From: Thermoplasmatota archaeon
GTDB taxonomy: Archaea; Thermoplasmatota; Thermoplasmata; Thermoplasmatales; ARK-15
NCBI GenBank assembly: GCA_031961605.1
Contig: JAVRLH010000002.1
Location: 1 to 34,158 of the forward strand
Reading direction: 5' to 3'
DNA: 34,158 bases
The position numbers and the translations under genes were made by a program. The notes beneath the pieces were generated by a model. The model was not told the origin of the DNA, did not search any database, and saw only the letters and a list, made by a program, of their open reading frames with translations. Shown here one piece after another: positions 8,311 to 17,160 of this stretch. Each line of letters opens with the position of its first letter. The first letter of the stretch is position 1.

Positions 8311-8970
8311 TTATTTGGCCTTGTTATAGGCCTCCATAACAAACTCTATGAAGTTTTCCTCAGGGTAAGCGCCAACAAACTGCACATCATCATTTACTAC
8401 AATATGGGGTACGCTTGATACTCCATATTTATCCGCCCAATTTGGAAATTCTATAGCCTCAATCATTTCCCCCGTAATATGTTCATTGTACTGTGCAAAT
8501 TTATGCGCAACCCTAACAGCCTTTGGGCAGTAGGGGCATGTAGGGGTTACAAAAACCTGGATCTTTATATCCTTGTCAATTTCATCCAGATGTTCCTTAA
8601 CATGTTCTTTGAAATCAACCTTTCTTGACGAAATACTCATTATGTCCTCAACAAGGCTTGAAAATTCATATCCTGCAGGTATTCCAACATACCTAATCCT
8701 TGATCCATAGTTAAGTTTAATATCGGTCACAACAGTTGTTGGTGCATGTTCGATTCCAAGCTTTTTTGCCATGTCACTGCCAATATCATAATTTTCCACA
8801 TGAATAAGATCAGAAAGTGATTCTAGTTCTTTCGCTATTTCTAAAGTTTCTTTGCAGTATCGACAGGACGGATCATTCACTGTGAATATGAGAATTGAAA
8901 CATCCTCTTTCATGTTTTTTTCGAATTCTTCCTGCAGATATTTTCTATCTTCTTCACTTATTAATCCCAT
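8311..8970 (-). CDS. Protein disulfide oxidoreductase (PDO, glutaredoxin-like, two thioredoxin-fold units)
   Basis: 219 aa with two CxxC sites (CRYC, CPYC), one in each half, which is the architecture of archaeal PDO. Its stop lies 45 nt upstream of the nrdJ ATG on the same strand. Confidence 0.85.
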   Translation of the reverse strand: MGLISEEDRKYLQEEFEKNMKEDVSILIFTVNDPSCRYCKETLEIAKELESLSDLIHVENYDIGSDMAKKLGIEHAPTTVVTDIKLNYGSRIRYVGIPAGYEFSSLVEDIMSISSRKVDFKEHVKEHLDEIDKDIKIQVFVTPTCPYCPKAVRVAHKFAQYNEHITGEMIEAIEFPNWADKYGVSSVPHIVVNDDVQFVGAYPEENFIEFVMEAYNKAK

Positions 8971-9028
8971 CTGGTATCACCTTCCCATACCAAGAAAACT
9001 CTTAATATTTATATTTTTCTTATTTCAA

Positions 9029-9877
9029 TCAGAGAAAAGCATTGATAATTACAAGAATGAATATGATTGCCAGATATGGGGATGATAATTTGAATATCCT
9101 GAAAGCTATCGATTTTTCAGGTCTCTTAAAAAGCTTAATGATCATGTAGATTAAAATTGCGTCAGGTATAACCAGAATGAGAGAGAGAATGATATTCATT
9201 ATTAGAAACAAAAAAAAGGAGAATAAGATAAGAAGAAGAGTAAATATGCCAATCATTTTTATTGTGTAGGTTTCACCTTTTGCCACAGGCAACATAGGGA
9301 CTTTAGCCTTTTTATAATCATCCATATATCTTATGGCTAAACTCCATATGTGTATGGGTGTCCAGAATACTATAGTTAGCATCAAGAGAAATGGTGTAAA
9401 TGAAATTATGTTTTTCGTTAAACCTGACCAAACAACAAGGACTGGTGCACCACCTGCAAATGAGCCAATTATAATGTTAAATGGAGTTTTTCTTTTTGTT
9501 AACAAGTTGTAAAGAAATGGATCAAAAATTATTCCGAATAAAATCCAGAACAATGCGTAATAGAATGAAAAATACAACAGAAAAATTGATGAAACAATGA
9601 TTAATGATGCACCAAAATAAATAGCCTTTTCTGGTGGTTTTATTCTCCCGCTTGGTATTGGTCTCTTTTTTGTCCTTTCCATCACACCATCAATATCCCT
9701 ATCAATGTAATTGGTTATTGCATTCGTACCCATAACAGCAAGGAAAAGAAAAATCGTTAACAAAAGGAATGAAAGATTGAATTCTTTTGTTAAAGCACCT
9801 CCTGCAACACCTCCAAAAACTAATAAAAGTGTTTCCTTCAACTTTCCAAGTTCCAGGTAGTTCCTGACTGTGGCCAT
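9029..9877 (-). CDS. ctaB: Protoheme IX farnesyltransferase (heme O synthase), UbiA family
   Basis: Polytopic membrane ORF with the UbiA/CtaB signature NAITNYIDRDIDGVMERTKKRPIPSG. The track start is TTG 9886; ATG 9877 is preferred. Confidence 0.8.
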   Translation of the reverse strand: MATVRNYLELGKLKETLLLVFGGVAGGALTKEFNLSFLLLTIFLFLAVMGTNAITNYIDRDIDGVMERTKKRPIPSGRIKPPEKAIYFGASLIIVSSIFLLYFSFYYALFWILFGIIFDPFLYNLLTKRKTPFNIIIGSFAGGAPVLVVWSGLTKNIISFTPFLLMLTIVFWTPIHIWSLAIRYMDDYKKAKVPMLPVAKGETYTIKMIGIFTLLLILFSFFLFLIMNIILSLILVIPDAILIYMIIKLFKRPEKSIAFRIFKLSSPYLAIIFILVIINAFL

Positions 9878-9989
9878 TTTAATCAATCATGAAAAAGAAT
9901 TCTTTTCTAAAAACTTTTTGAATTTTAAATCTTCAAAATCATTACAACATGGAAAATATGAAATATTTTTTCTCTTTTCTTTACTTGGA

Positions 9990-10670
9990 ATGAATTACAT
10001 TGTTTATACCTTCAAAGAAAAATTTTTCGTTGATAATTTTAAGAAAAGATTGAACAGATTTGTAGTTGAAACAGAATCTGGAAGAAAATGTCATCTCCAT
10101 GATCCTGGAAGACTGGAGGAACTTCTTGTCCCTGGAAGACCTCTGTTTTTTGTTAAAAAATCCCAGGGTTTGAAATGTGAAATATATTACACAAAGGTTG
10201 ATAATGAATTTGTTATTATAAACTCAAAAATACATTCAGATCTGGCCAGAAACATAATAAATACACCTCTTTTTAAAAACTTCACAGTTTTAAAGAGTGA
10301 AGTAAAGTTAAACAAAAGTAGAATAGACTTTCTTCTTGAACATGGTAATAAAGAGTTCTATATGGAAGTTAAGGGTTGTACATTGACAAAAAATGGTATA
10401 GCATTGTTTCCTGATGCGCCAACTGAAAGGGGAAAAAGGCATGTGGAAGAACTTGAAAATCTTCTGAATATGGGATTTGAATCAGGTGTAATGTTTCTTG
10501 TTTTTAGGAAATCTGAGTATTTCAGTCCAAACTGGGATACTGATCCTAAATTTTCAAAAAGGCTGAAAAGTGCTTATGAAAAGGGTTTGAAGATATTTCC
10601 TGTTCAGCTTTATTTTGATGGAAAAAATGTTTACGCACAATATTTCCTGAAAACAAAAATGGAGAAATGA
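9990..10670 (+). CDS. sfsA: SfsA (sugar fermentation stimulation protein) family nuclease-fold protein
   Basis: Motifs FKKRLNRFVVE, HLHDPGRLEELL and MEVKGCTL...FPDAPTERGKRHVEEL. The track ORF (9870) overlaps ctaB divergently. ATG 9990 gives the typical ~227-aa SfsA beginning just before the RxNRF motif. Confidence 0.8.
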   Translation: MNYIVYTFKEKFFVDNFKKRLNRFVVETESGRKCHLHDPGRLEELLVPGRPLFFVKKSQGLKCEIYYTKVDNEFVIINSKIHSDLARNIINTPLFKNFTVLKSEVKLNKSRIDFLLEHGNKEFYMEVKGCTLTKNGIALFPDAPTERGKRHVEELENLLNMGFESGVMFLVFRKSEYFSPNWDTDPKFSKRLKSAYEKGLKIFPVQLYFDGKNVYAQYFLKTKMEK

Positions 10671-10698
10671 AGTAACAATAATAAATTTTCAAAATCAA

Positions 10699-11583
10699 TC
10701 AAATTTTAAAATTTTTATCTAGGTATGGCTTAATTACGCTCATACAATAATCCCAGACAATTTTTTCATTCTTTTTAGAATAGTATTTATCATCTGTTTT
10801 AATTTCCTTCATTTTTCCAAAGAATTTCCCGGTTACATTTTCAACATCATCTGAAGATGCAAGATAAACTGTGGTCATTGCGCCCTTCTCAGGTGTAGCC
10901 ATAAATGGTCTACCTACCTTCAAAACAAAATTCCAGAATATACCTTTATTCACGTTCTTTCCAAAATTCGTTGCCACAACACCAGGATGGAGGGCGTTAA
11001 CTGTTATATTTTTATATCCTTTCTCCTGTAATTCAGTAGCAAGATGCCTTGCAATCCACAGAACATACAGTTTTGATAAAGCATACGCCTGAGAAGGACT
11101 GTAATTCTTCTCAAACTGAAAATCGTCGAAATCAGGACTTTTTGCAAACCTGTACAGGAGAGAGGAAGTGAAAATAATTCTGGCCGATTTACTCTTTGAT
11201 AGCAAATCCAGAAGCAAAAGTGTTAATAAAAGAGATGAAAAAACATTTAAAGTTAATGTTTTTTCAAAACCATCCCTGCTTAGTTCCCTTTTTTTACCGA
11301 ATATCCCTCCAGCGTTGTTCACCAAAACATCCAATCTATCAAATCTCTTTTTAATTTCTTCACTCATGTTTTTTATTTCTTCAAATGAAAGAAGATCCGC
11401 AACAAAACCGTAAATATTTTCATTACCTGTTTCATTTTTTATTTCCTTTATTACATTTTCAACCTTTTCCCTGTTTCTGCCATGTATTATTGTTGTGTAC
11501 CCAAGTCTTGACAATGCCATTGCTGCTGCTTTTCCTATTCCATCCGTTGATCCCGTTATCAACACTATTCTTTTTTCTTCCAT
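10699..11583 (-). CDS. Short-chain dehydrogenase/reductase (SDR) family oxidoreductase
   Basis: Rossmann motif ITGSTDGIGKAAA, NNAG and catalytic YALSK. The track start is GTG 11592; ATG 11583 (MEEKRIVLITG) is preferred. Confidence 0.85.
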   Translation of the reverse strand: MEEKRIVLITGSTDGIGKAAAMALSRLGYTTIIHGRNREKVENVIKEIKNETGNENIYGFVADLLSFEEIKNMSEEIKKRFDRLDVLVNNAGGIFGKKRELSRDGFEKTLTLNVFSSLLLTLLLLDLLSKSKSARIIFTSSLLYRFAKSPDFDDFQFEKNYSPSQAYALSKLYVLWIARHLATELQEKGYKNITVNALHPGVVATNFGKNVNKGIFWNFVLKVGRPFMATPEKGAMTTVYLASSDDVENVTGKFFGKMKEIKTDDKYYSKKNEKIVWDYCMSVIKPYLDKNFKI

Positions 11584-11715
11584 ATTATTCACTTCAAGTA
11601 TACTGTTTTATTTTTTAATTTTTTCTAGGCTTAAAATTAATGTAGAATCAGGAATAATTTCCTATATATGTATGGCTTCGAAATCCAAATTAATAAAAAA
11701 AATTAAGGGTTATAG

Positions 11716-11916
11716 CTGACGTACTCTCCGCATTCAAATGCGAAGGTTCAGGGCATACGTTGTTTTGGCTATCACAACCATTTCACCCCTATACTCGCCG
11801 TGTCCCGACGAGAGAGTTTTATGCTCTGATTTATTATATACAAAGTTTACTATATAAACATTTTGGCGATTCATCCCCGCTTTGAAAAGCGAGGCTTTCT
11901 CGCCTGTTTTTGTAAA
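11716..11916 (+). repeat. Family A element, full-length copy (A2)
   Basis: About 93% identical by eye to 20902-21102, with identical boundaries (ctgac...gtaaa). It lies immediately 5' of the decayed transposase. Confidence 0.85.
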
Positions 11917-12650
11917 GCTCAAGCAGAAATAGCTCATAGTTAACTTAATGAGATTGCAAGGGTACAGAATATTTCCCAAAGATATGTGAATATTACATAT
12001 GCAAAATATAGGAATGTAACAATGAAAAACTGAAGAAAAAGGTATATTAATAAATGATGATAAGAAAAGAACATCTGAGGAGCAATATCAATAGAAATGC
12101 AACTAAACAATATGAAATAAAAATATGACAAACAAAATCCACGGGATCCTGAAGGAAAAAGGAATGGCAATGAAGAAAATAATTAGAGGCAAGAAAAAGG
12201 GGTGAAATAATAAAAAGAGAATTCAAACAGTCTCCATCATACCGACTGGTTTGAACCTGATGCATCAATTTTTTTGAAGAATATGATCATGTTTCAGGAG
12301 AAAATGCAATAAAAAACTTTGAAAAATATGATAAACCAAGAGAATTGATGAAAGATCCCTTGCACAATTTACATTATTTTTTATAGAAAGGAAAAGAGTC
12401 AGAAAACAAAAAAGTTTCAGAAATTTATAAGGGAGAATATTATGCATTTAAAACCAAATTAATGCATTTGCAAGCTGATTGTAGTTGGAAAGATTGAAAC
12501 ATACATTGATGGAAATGAGATGGATTTAGGTGCCAGGGAAGGTGTGATAGATAGAAAAACATAAGAAATCATATGATTTTGTGTGAAAAATATAATGCTG
12601 TAGCACATGCAATGGCCTAAGGGTCAAAAATGGCGGGGAAAGATAGAACG
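11917..12650 (+). pseudogene. Decayed HTH + rve (DDE integrase-core) transposase
   Basis: No intact ORF, but the purine-rich plus strand translates in shifting frames to transposase-like fragments. These are AQAEIAHS*LNEIARVQNISQRYV (HTH), MTNKIHGILKEKGMAMKKIIRGKKKG, KREFKQSPSYRLV / TDWFEPDAS (start of DDE core), FFEEYDHVSGENAIKNFEKYDKPRELMKD (kP.ellTDnG-like) and VVGKIETY (GKIER-like). Many stops and frameshifts are present. Confidence 0.6.
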
Positions 12651-12679
12651 ATATCAGAATAATATAATAGGAAATAATT

Positions 12680-14020
12680 TCAGGATTTCATTGATCTAAA
12701 ATTTTTATAAAAATTTTGTATAATTCTTTTCACATCTTCATCTCTTAAAAGACCCTTTTCCACAATGATTTCTTCAATTCTTTTATTTCTTTCGTATGAT
12801 TCTTTAACAAGTTCGGCCACCTTTTTATAACCAAGATAGGGTGAGAATGCAACAGCATTGATTTGACTGTTTTTTACAAGATCATCCACTCTTTTTTCAT
12901 TTACCTTCATACCCTTAACAAGTTTTTCTTTGAAAATATTTAGTGCATTTGTTAAAATGTTCATACTTTCGAGTATTGAATATGAAACCACTGGAGTAAA
13001 AACATTTATTTCAAGGTTCCCCATCAGATTGGCGTTATCAACAAGATAATCGTTTGATATGACCTTAAAACATGCCATGATCACAGCCTCAGCTATTGAT
13101 GGGTTTATTTTTCCTGGCATAATTGATGATCCCTGCTGAACAGCAGGTATTTTTATTTCATAAATACCCGCATATGGACCTGAAGCCATGAACCTTATAT
13201 CATTGGAAATTTTTATTATATCTTCAGCAATAATTCTCAATGAAGATGAAAAATAGGAAAAGTCCGATAGAGATTGCATAACTTCAAAAAGGTTTTCAGC
13301 TTTTCTTAAATTTTCAACTGTTGAAATTTTTAGGCATTCTATAACCATATCCTCAAATCCTTCCGGTTTATTCAGTCCGGTTCCTATGGCAGTTCCGCCA
13401 ATGTTCATCCTCAAAATAAATTCCCTTGCATTTTCAAGCCTTTTAAGATCCGATCTAAGGGAATAAACATAACCTGAAAATTCCTGTCCAAAACTAATTG
13501 GTGCTGCATCCATCAAATGTGTTCTCCCTACCTTGACAACATTTCCATATTCACTGATCTTTTCCTCAAATGATTCCATGAGACTTTCAAGTGATTTTTT
13601 TAAATGATTATATTTTTTAATTATTGCAAGTCTAACTGCTGTGGGATAAACATCGTTTGATGACTGTGACCTGTTAACATCATCGTTTGGATCGAGTTTT
13701 ACATTTAAAATTTTTAAGGAAACTTTACTGATTACCTCATTTATATTCATGTTTGTTGATGTTCCCGCACCTGCCTGATATGGATCTATAGGAAAATCTC
13801 TATAGTTAAAATTTTTTATTATGTAATCAACAGAAATTTTTATTGCCCTGAACTTTTCTTCCTCAAGATTTTTTAATTTAAAGTTTGCCTCGGCTGAACA
13901 TTTTTTTATTAAAAGAAGAGATTCAATCAGATCCCTGTCCATCACTAGTCCAGAAATCCTGAAATTATCAATGGCCCTCATGGTGTTAATTCCATAGAGA
14001 ACATCATCTTGTATGTCCAT
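12680..14020 (-). CDS. aspA: Aspartate ammonia-lyase (class II fumarase/aspartase superfamily)
   Basis: Superfamily signature GSSIMPGKINP. The block QAGAGTSTNMNINEV looks more aspartase-like than FumC-like (FumC has GSGTQSNMN). The track start is TTG 14029; ATG 14020 is preferred. The aspartase versus fumarase assignment is uncertain. Confidence 0.75.
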   Translation of the reverse strand: MDIQDDVLYGINTMRAIDNFRISGLVMDRDLIESLLLIKKCSAEANFKLKNLEEEKFRAIKISVDYIIKNFNYRDFPIDPYQAGAGTSTNMNINEVISKVSLKILNVKLDPNDDVNRSQSSNDVYPTAVRLAIIKKYNHLKKSLESLMESFEEKISEYGNVVKVGRTHLMDAAPISFGQEFSGYVYSLRSDLKRLENAREFILRMNIGGTAIGTGLNKPEGFEDMVIECLKISTVENLRKAENLFEVMQSLSDFSYFSSSLRIIAEDIIKISNDIRFMASGPYAGIYEIKIPAVQQGSSIMPGKINPSIAEAVIMACFKVISNDYLVDNANLMGNLEINVFTPVVSYSILESMNILTNALNIFKEKLVKGMKVNEKRVDDLVKNSQINAVAFSPYLGYKKVAELVKESYERNKRIEEIIVEKGLLRDEDVKRIIQNFYKNFRSMKS

Positions 14021-14213
14021 TTCCCCCAAGTAGATCCTTCTCCTTCATAGTTAACATTTAATTTGGTAATATTTAAAGGTTTTTAAATTTAAAATTGACT
14101 ATTTTTTCTATTTAATTATGTTTTGAAATCTTAATCATCAATATCTTTTTTATAAAAAAAATCGAAAATCAGAAAAAATAGATTAAATCATATTTTTCTG
14201 GTATTTTGGTAGT

Positions 14214-14265
14214 AATATTTATATACAGGAATTCTTATTTACCCAGTGTAGAACAGGATGGTGAT
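14214..14265 (+). promoter_or_regulatory. TATA-like box (aatatttatatac, 14214-14226) and Shine-Dalgarno GGTGAT (14260-14265) upstream of the HU gene
   Basis: The TATA-like motif lies ~50 nt upstream of the ATG. GGTGAT is complementary to the 16S 3' end and sits 5 nt before ATG 14271. Confidence 0.35.
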
Positions 14266-14270
14266 AAAAA

Positions 14271-14540
14271 ATGGTAGGAATTAGTGAAATGAGCAAAAAT
14301 GTTGCAAAAAAGGCAAAAGTTACACAGAGAAATGCAAGGGAAGTTATCAAAACTTTTCTGAATGAAGTAATGGATTCTGTGAATGCAGGGAAGAAAGTGA
14401 ACCTTGTTGGTTTCGGTATATTTGAGAGAAGGGTACAGAAGGAAAGAAAGGCAAGAAACCCACAGACAAAACAGATAATTAATGTACCAAGCAAGAAGAA
14501 ATTTGTTTTCAGGGCATCAAGCAAAATAAAGTATAAATAA
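14271..14540 (+). CDS. HU-family DNA-binding protein (HTa-like archaeal chromatin protein)
   Basis: 89 aa with the HU arm motif GFGIFERR...RKARNPQTKQIINVPSKKKFVFRASSKIK. As far as I recall it is very similar to Thermoplasma acidophilum HTa. Confidence 0.9.
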   Translation: MVGISEMSKNVAKKAKVTQRNAREVIKTFLNEVMDSVNAGKKVNLVGFGIFERRVQKERKARNPQTKQIINVPSKKKFVFRASSKIKYK

Positions 14541-14541
14541 A

Positions 14542-14970
14542 CTAAATTTTTTCTTTTTTTATTACTTCTATATTTTTTATGCTTGTGAAAGGATACTGTC
14601 CATTTTCATCCTTTTCAAGGTATTTTACCATATCCCATATTGTGAGAAGGGCGGATGTTACACCCGCAAGTGCCTCCATTTCAACACCTGTTTTGTAATG
14701 TGAACCAACAGTGCAGTTTACCTTTATTCTGTTACCCATAACTGTGAATTTTACATCAACCTTTTCTATTGGTACAGGATGTGTATGTGGAATGATCCAC
14801 GGTGTGTTTTTTACACCCATTATTGCAGATACCCTTGCAACCTCAAAAACGTCACCCTTCTTTATCTCTTTTTTAATAATTGATTCAACTGTTGTTGTTT
14901 TAAGCACTACTTCTCCCGCAGCCTCTGCCTCCCTGTAAACTATATCCTTATTGCTGATGTCAATCATCAT
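14542..14970 (-). CDS. moaC: Cyclic pyranopterin monophosphate synthase accessory protein
   Basis: 142 aa with MoaC motifs KGDVFEVARVSAIMGVKNT, IPHTHP and VEMEALAGVTSALLTIWDM. Confidence 0.9.
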   Translation of the reverse strand: MMIDISNKDIVYREAEAAGEVVLKTTTVESIIKKEIKKGDVFEVARVSAIMGVKNTPWIIPHTHPVPIEKVDVKFTVMGNRIKVNCTVGSHYKTGVEMEALAGVTSALLTIWDMVKYLEKDENGQYPFTSIKNIEVIKKEKI

Positions 14971-15006
14971 TTAATAATTAAACAAAACATAATAAAAAAT
15001 TTTCCT

Positions 15007-17100
15007 CTATTTTTCAAGTATTATTCTTGCATCAACAACCCTAAGACCTTTTTCATAAAGTATTGTTGGATTTGCATCCAGTTCCTTTATTTCAGGAAAA
15101 TCAACCACAAGCTGTGAAATTCTACTTATTGTTTCACCAAGAGCCTCATAATCCCTGGGTTTTTCTCCCCTTGCACCCTCAAGTATTGCCCTTCCAGATA
15201 TTTCCCTCACCATATCAAGAGCGGTTGATTTTGAGAATGGTGCAATTCTGAAACTAACATCCTTTAAAACCTCCACATAGATGCCACCTAAACCAAACAT
15301 AACGGTAGGACCAAACTGAATGTCCTTTGTTGCACCAATTATACTTTCAATGCCCTGTGGTGCCATTTCCTGAACAGCTATCCCAATTATTTCAGCGTCT
15401 GGCATTTTTTCCTTCACATTCTTGATTATTTTATCATAGGCTGAAATAAGATCATCCTTTGAACGAATGTTGAGTATAACTCCCCCAACATCACTTTTAT
15501 GTATTATCTGGGGGGAAACAATTTTTCCAACAAGAGGGAAATTTAGAGATGATATTATTTCATCAATTTCATCCTTTGATTTCATAAGCTTTGTTTTTGC
15601 AACATCAACACCGTATGCTGTAAGTATTTCTTTTGCTTCTATTTCAGTTACGTAAGATCTGTTTTCATTTTTAATTTTTTCCAGAATTGCTTTTACTTTT
15701 TCAGGATACACATCTTCGAATCTCTGAAATTCATCGAATCCTCTTTCTATTACCCTTCCCTGTTCTCTTAAGGCCGCAATTGCACTTATTGCTCTATCTG
15801 GTGCACGGTAAACAGGTATACCTTTTTTTTGCAGCCACTCAATTGCCCTTTCAGTCACTTCACCACCCACATAGGAAACGGTAATGGGTTTTGTTGATCT
15901 ATTGCAAATTGTTGCAGCATATATTTCCATTGAGAGTTCCTGAGGGTCTGAAACTGCAGTTTCGCAATAGAGAACTGTTATTCCATTTACCCATGGATGC
16001 TCAAGTGCTATCTTTATGGCCTTACTGTACCACTCTGCACTTGCCATACCTGTTAGATCAACAGGATTTTTTGCACTTCCAAAATCTGGCATTATTTCCT
16101 TTAATTTTTCCTTTAGATCTTCTGGAGGATCTTTTAGAGGAATACCATATTTTTCTGCCGCATCCGTTGCAAGTACACCCACACCACCGCCATTTGTAAT
16201 AATTAAAAGATTCTCCCCCTTCATTGGTGGCTGAAAAGAAAGCGCTAATGATCTATCAAAAAGATCTTCAAGTGTGTAGGCCTGAACAACCCCCGCCTGC
16301 TTAAATGCTGCTGAATAAACTTTACCTGAACCTGCAAGTGAACCTGTATGGGATGCTGCCGCAACCGCACCCCTCTGGGAAACACCTGATTTTAATGCAA
16401 CAATTGGTTTGTCAAGTATTCTCTTACAGACATCAATGAACTTTCTACCATTCTTTATCCCTTCCACATATAGTGATATGCATGCCGTCTCTGTATCATT
16501 TCTAAAGTATTCAATAACATCTGCAAAATCAAGATCACTCATGTTCCCTATGCTTATCAAATATGACATACCAACCCTGTCCACCCATGTTCTTGCATCA
16601 AGTGCTATCAAAAGAGCACCACTCTGTGAAATCATTGTAATTTTTCCAGGATAAGGTAGGTAAGGGCCAAAGGATGCGTTCATTTTCATTGGGTTGCTCA
16701 TTATACCAACAATGTTTGGACCAAGAAGTCTCATATTGTATTTTCTTGCAATATCAACAATCTTTTCCTCAAGATCCTCCCTGCCAACTTCACCGAATCC
16801 TGAAGCTATAACTGCAACACCCTTAACGCCCTTTTTACCGCACTCCTCAATCACCTGTGGTGTAATTGCCGCAGGAACAGTGATTACGGCAAGATCAACT
16901 TCATCAGGGATATCAAGAACACTATGATAACATTTTAAATCAAGTATTTCATCCGCCTTTGGATTAACAGGAAAAATTTTTCCAGAATACTTTGAATCTA
17001 AAAGATTTTTAACAACACTATGTCCTATTGCATGGGGATCCCGTGATGCGCCAACAATTGCTATCGATCCTGGTTTGAACATTGGATCCAGATTATCCAT
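15007..17100 (-). CDS. Acetyl-CoA synthetase (ADP-forming), fused alpha-beta type
   Basis: 697 aa. N-terminal CoA-binding domain (SIAIVGASRDP..IGH), succinyl-CoA-synthetase-like ligase domains and a C-terminal ATP-grasp domain (HKSDVGGV). Confidence 0.85.
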   Translation of the reverse strand: MDNLDPMFKPGSIAIVGASRDPHAIGHSVVKNLLDSKYSGKIFPVNPKADEILDLKCYHSVLDIPDEVDLAVITVPAAITPQVIEECGKKGVKGVAVIASGFGEVGREDLEEKIVDIARKYNMRLLGPNIVGIMSNPMKMNASFGPYLPYPGKITMISQSGALLIALDARTWVDRVGMSYLISIGNMSDLDFADVIEYFRNDTETACISLYVEGIKNGRKFIDVCKRILDKPIVALKSGVSQRGAVAAASHTGSLAGSGKVYSAAFKQAGVVQAYTLEDLFDRSLALSFQPPMKGENLLIITNGGGVGVLATDAAEKYGIPLKDPPEDLKEKLKEIMPDFGSAKNPVDLTGMASAEWYSKAIKIALEHPWVNGITVLYCETAVSDPQELSMEIYAATICNRSTKPITVSYVGGEVTERAIEWLQKKGIPVYRAPDRAISAIAALREQGRVIERGFDEFQRFEDVYPEKVKAILEKIKNENRSYVTEIEAKEILTAYGVDVAKTKLMKSKDEIDEIISSLNFPLVGKIVSPQIIHKSDVGGVILNIRSKDDLISAYDKIIKNVKEKMPDAEIIGIAVQEMAPQGIESIIGATKDIQFGPTVMFGLGGIYVEVLKDVSFRIAPFSKSTALDMVREISGRAILEGARGEKPRDYEALGETISRISQLVVDFPEIKELDANPTILYEKGLRVVDARIILEK

Positions 17101-17160
17101 AAACTTACACCTATGTTCATTAATACATTCAGGTTAATTTTATTTTTTATCTACTTTTTC

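Noticed and set aside
9870-9989. Upstream 40 codons of the SfsA ORF overlapping ctaB
   Set aside because: The sequence is low-complexity (FFSKNFLNFKSSKS) and overlaps the divergent ctaB start. SfsA homologs begin just before the RxNRF motif, so ATG 9990 fits.
11734-12447. Four minus-strand ORFs (60-81 aa) in the SDR-aspartase gap
   Set aside because: They are pyrimidine-rich antisense reading frames with low-complexity Phe/Leu/Ser-rich products. The plus strand carries recognisable transposase fragments instead.
14219-14524. 101-aa minus-strand ORF opposite the HU gene, and similar antisense ORFs inside purH, the Mo-oxidoreductase, nrdJ, the acetyl-CoA synthetase, hisS, trpS, metG and others
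   Set aside because: They are shadow ORFs on the opposite strand of, or in alternative frames within, genes that have strong family signatures. Their products are low-complexity with no motifs.
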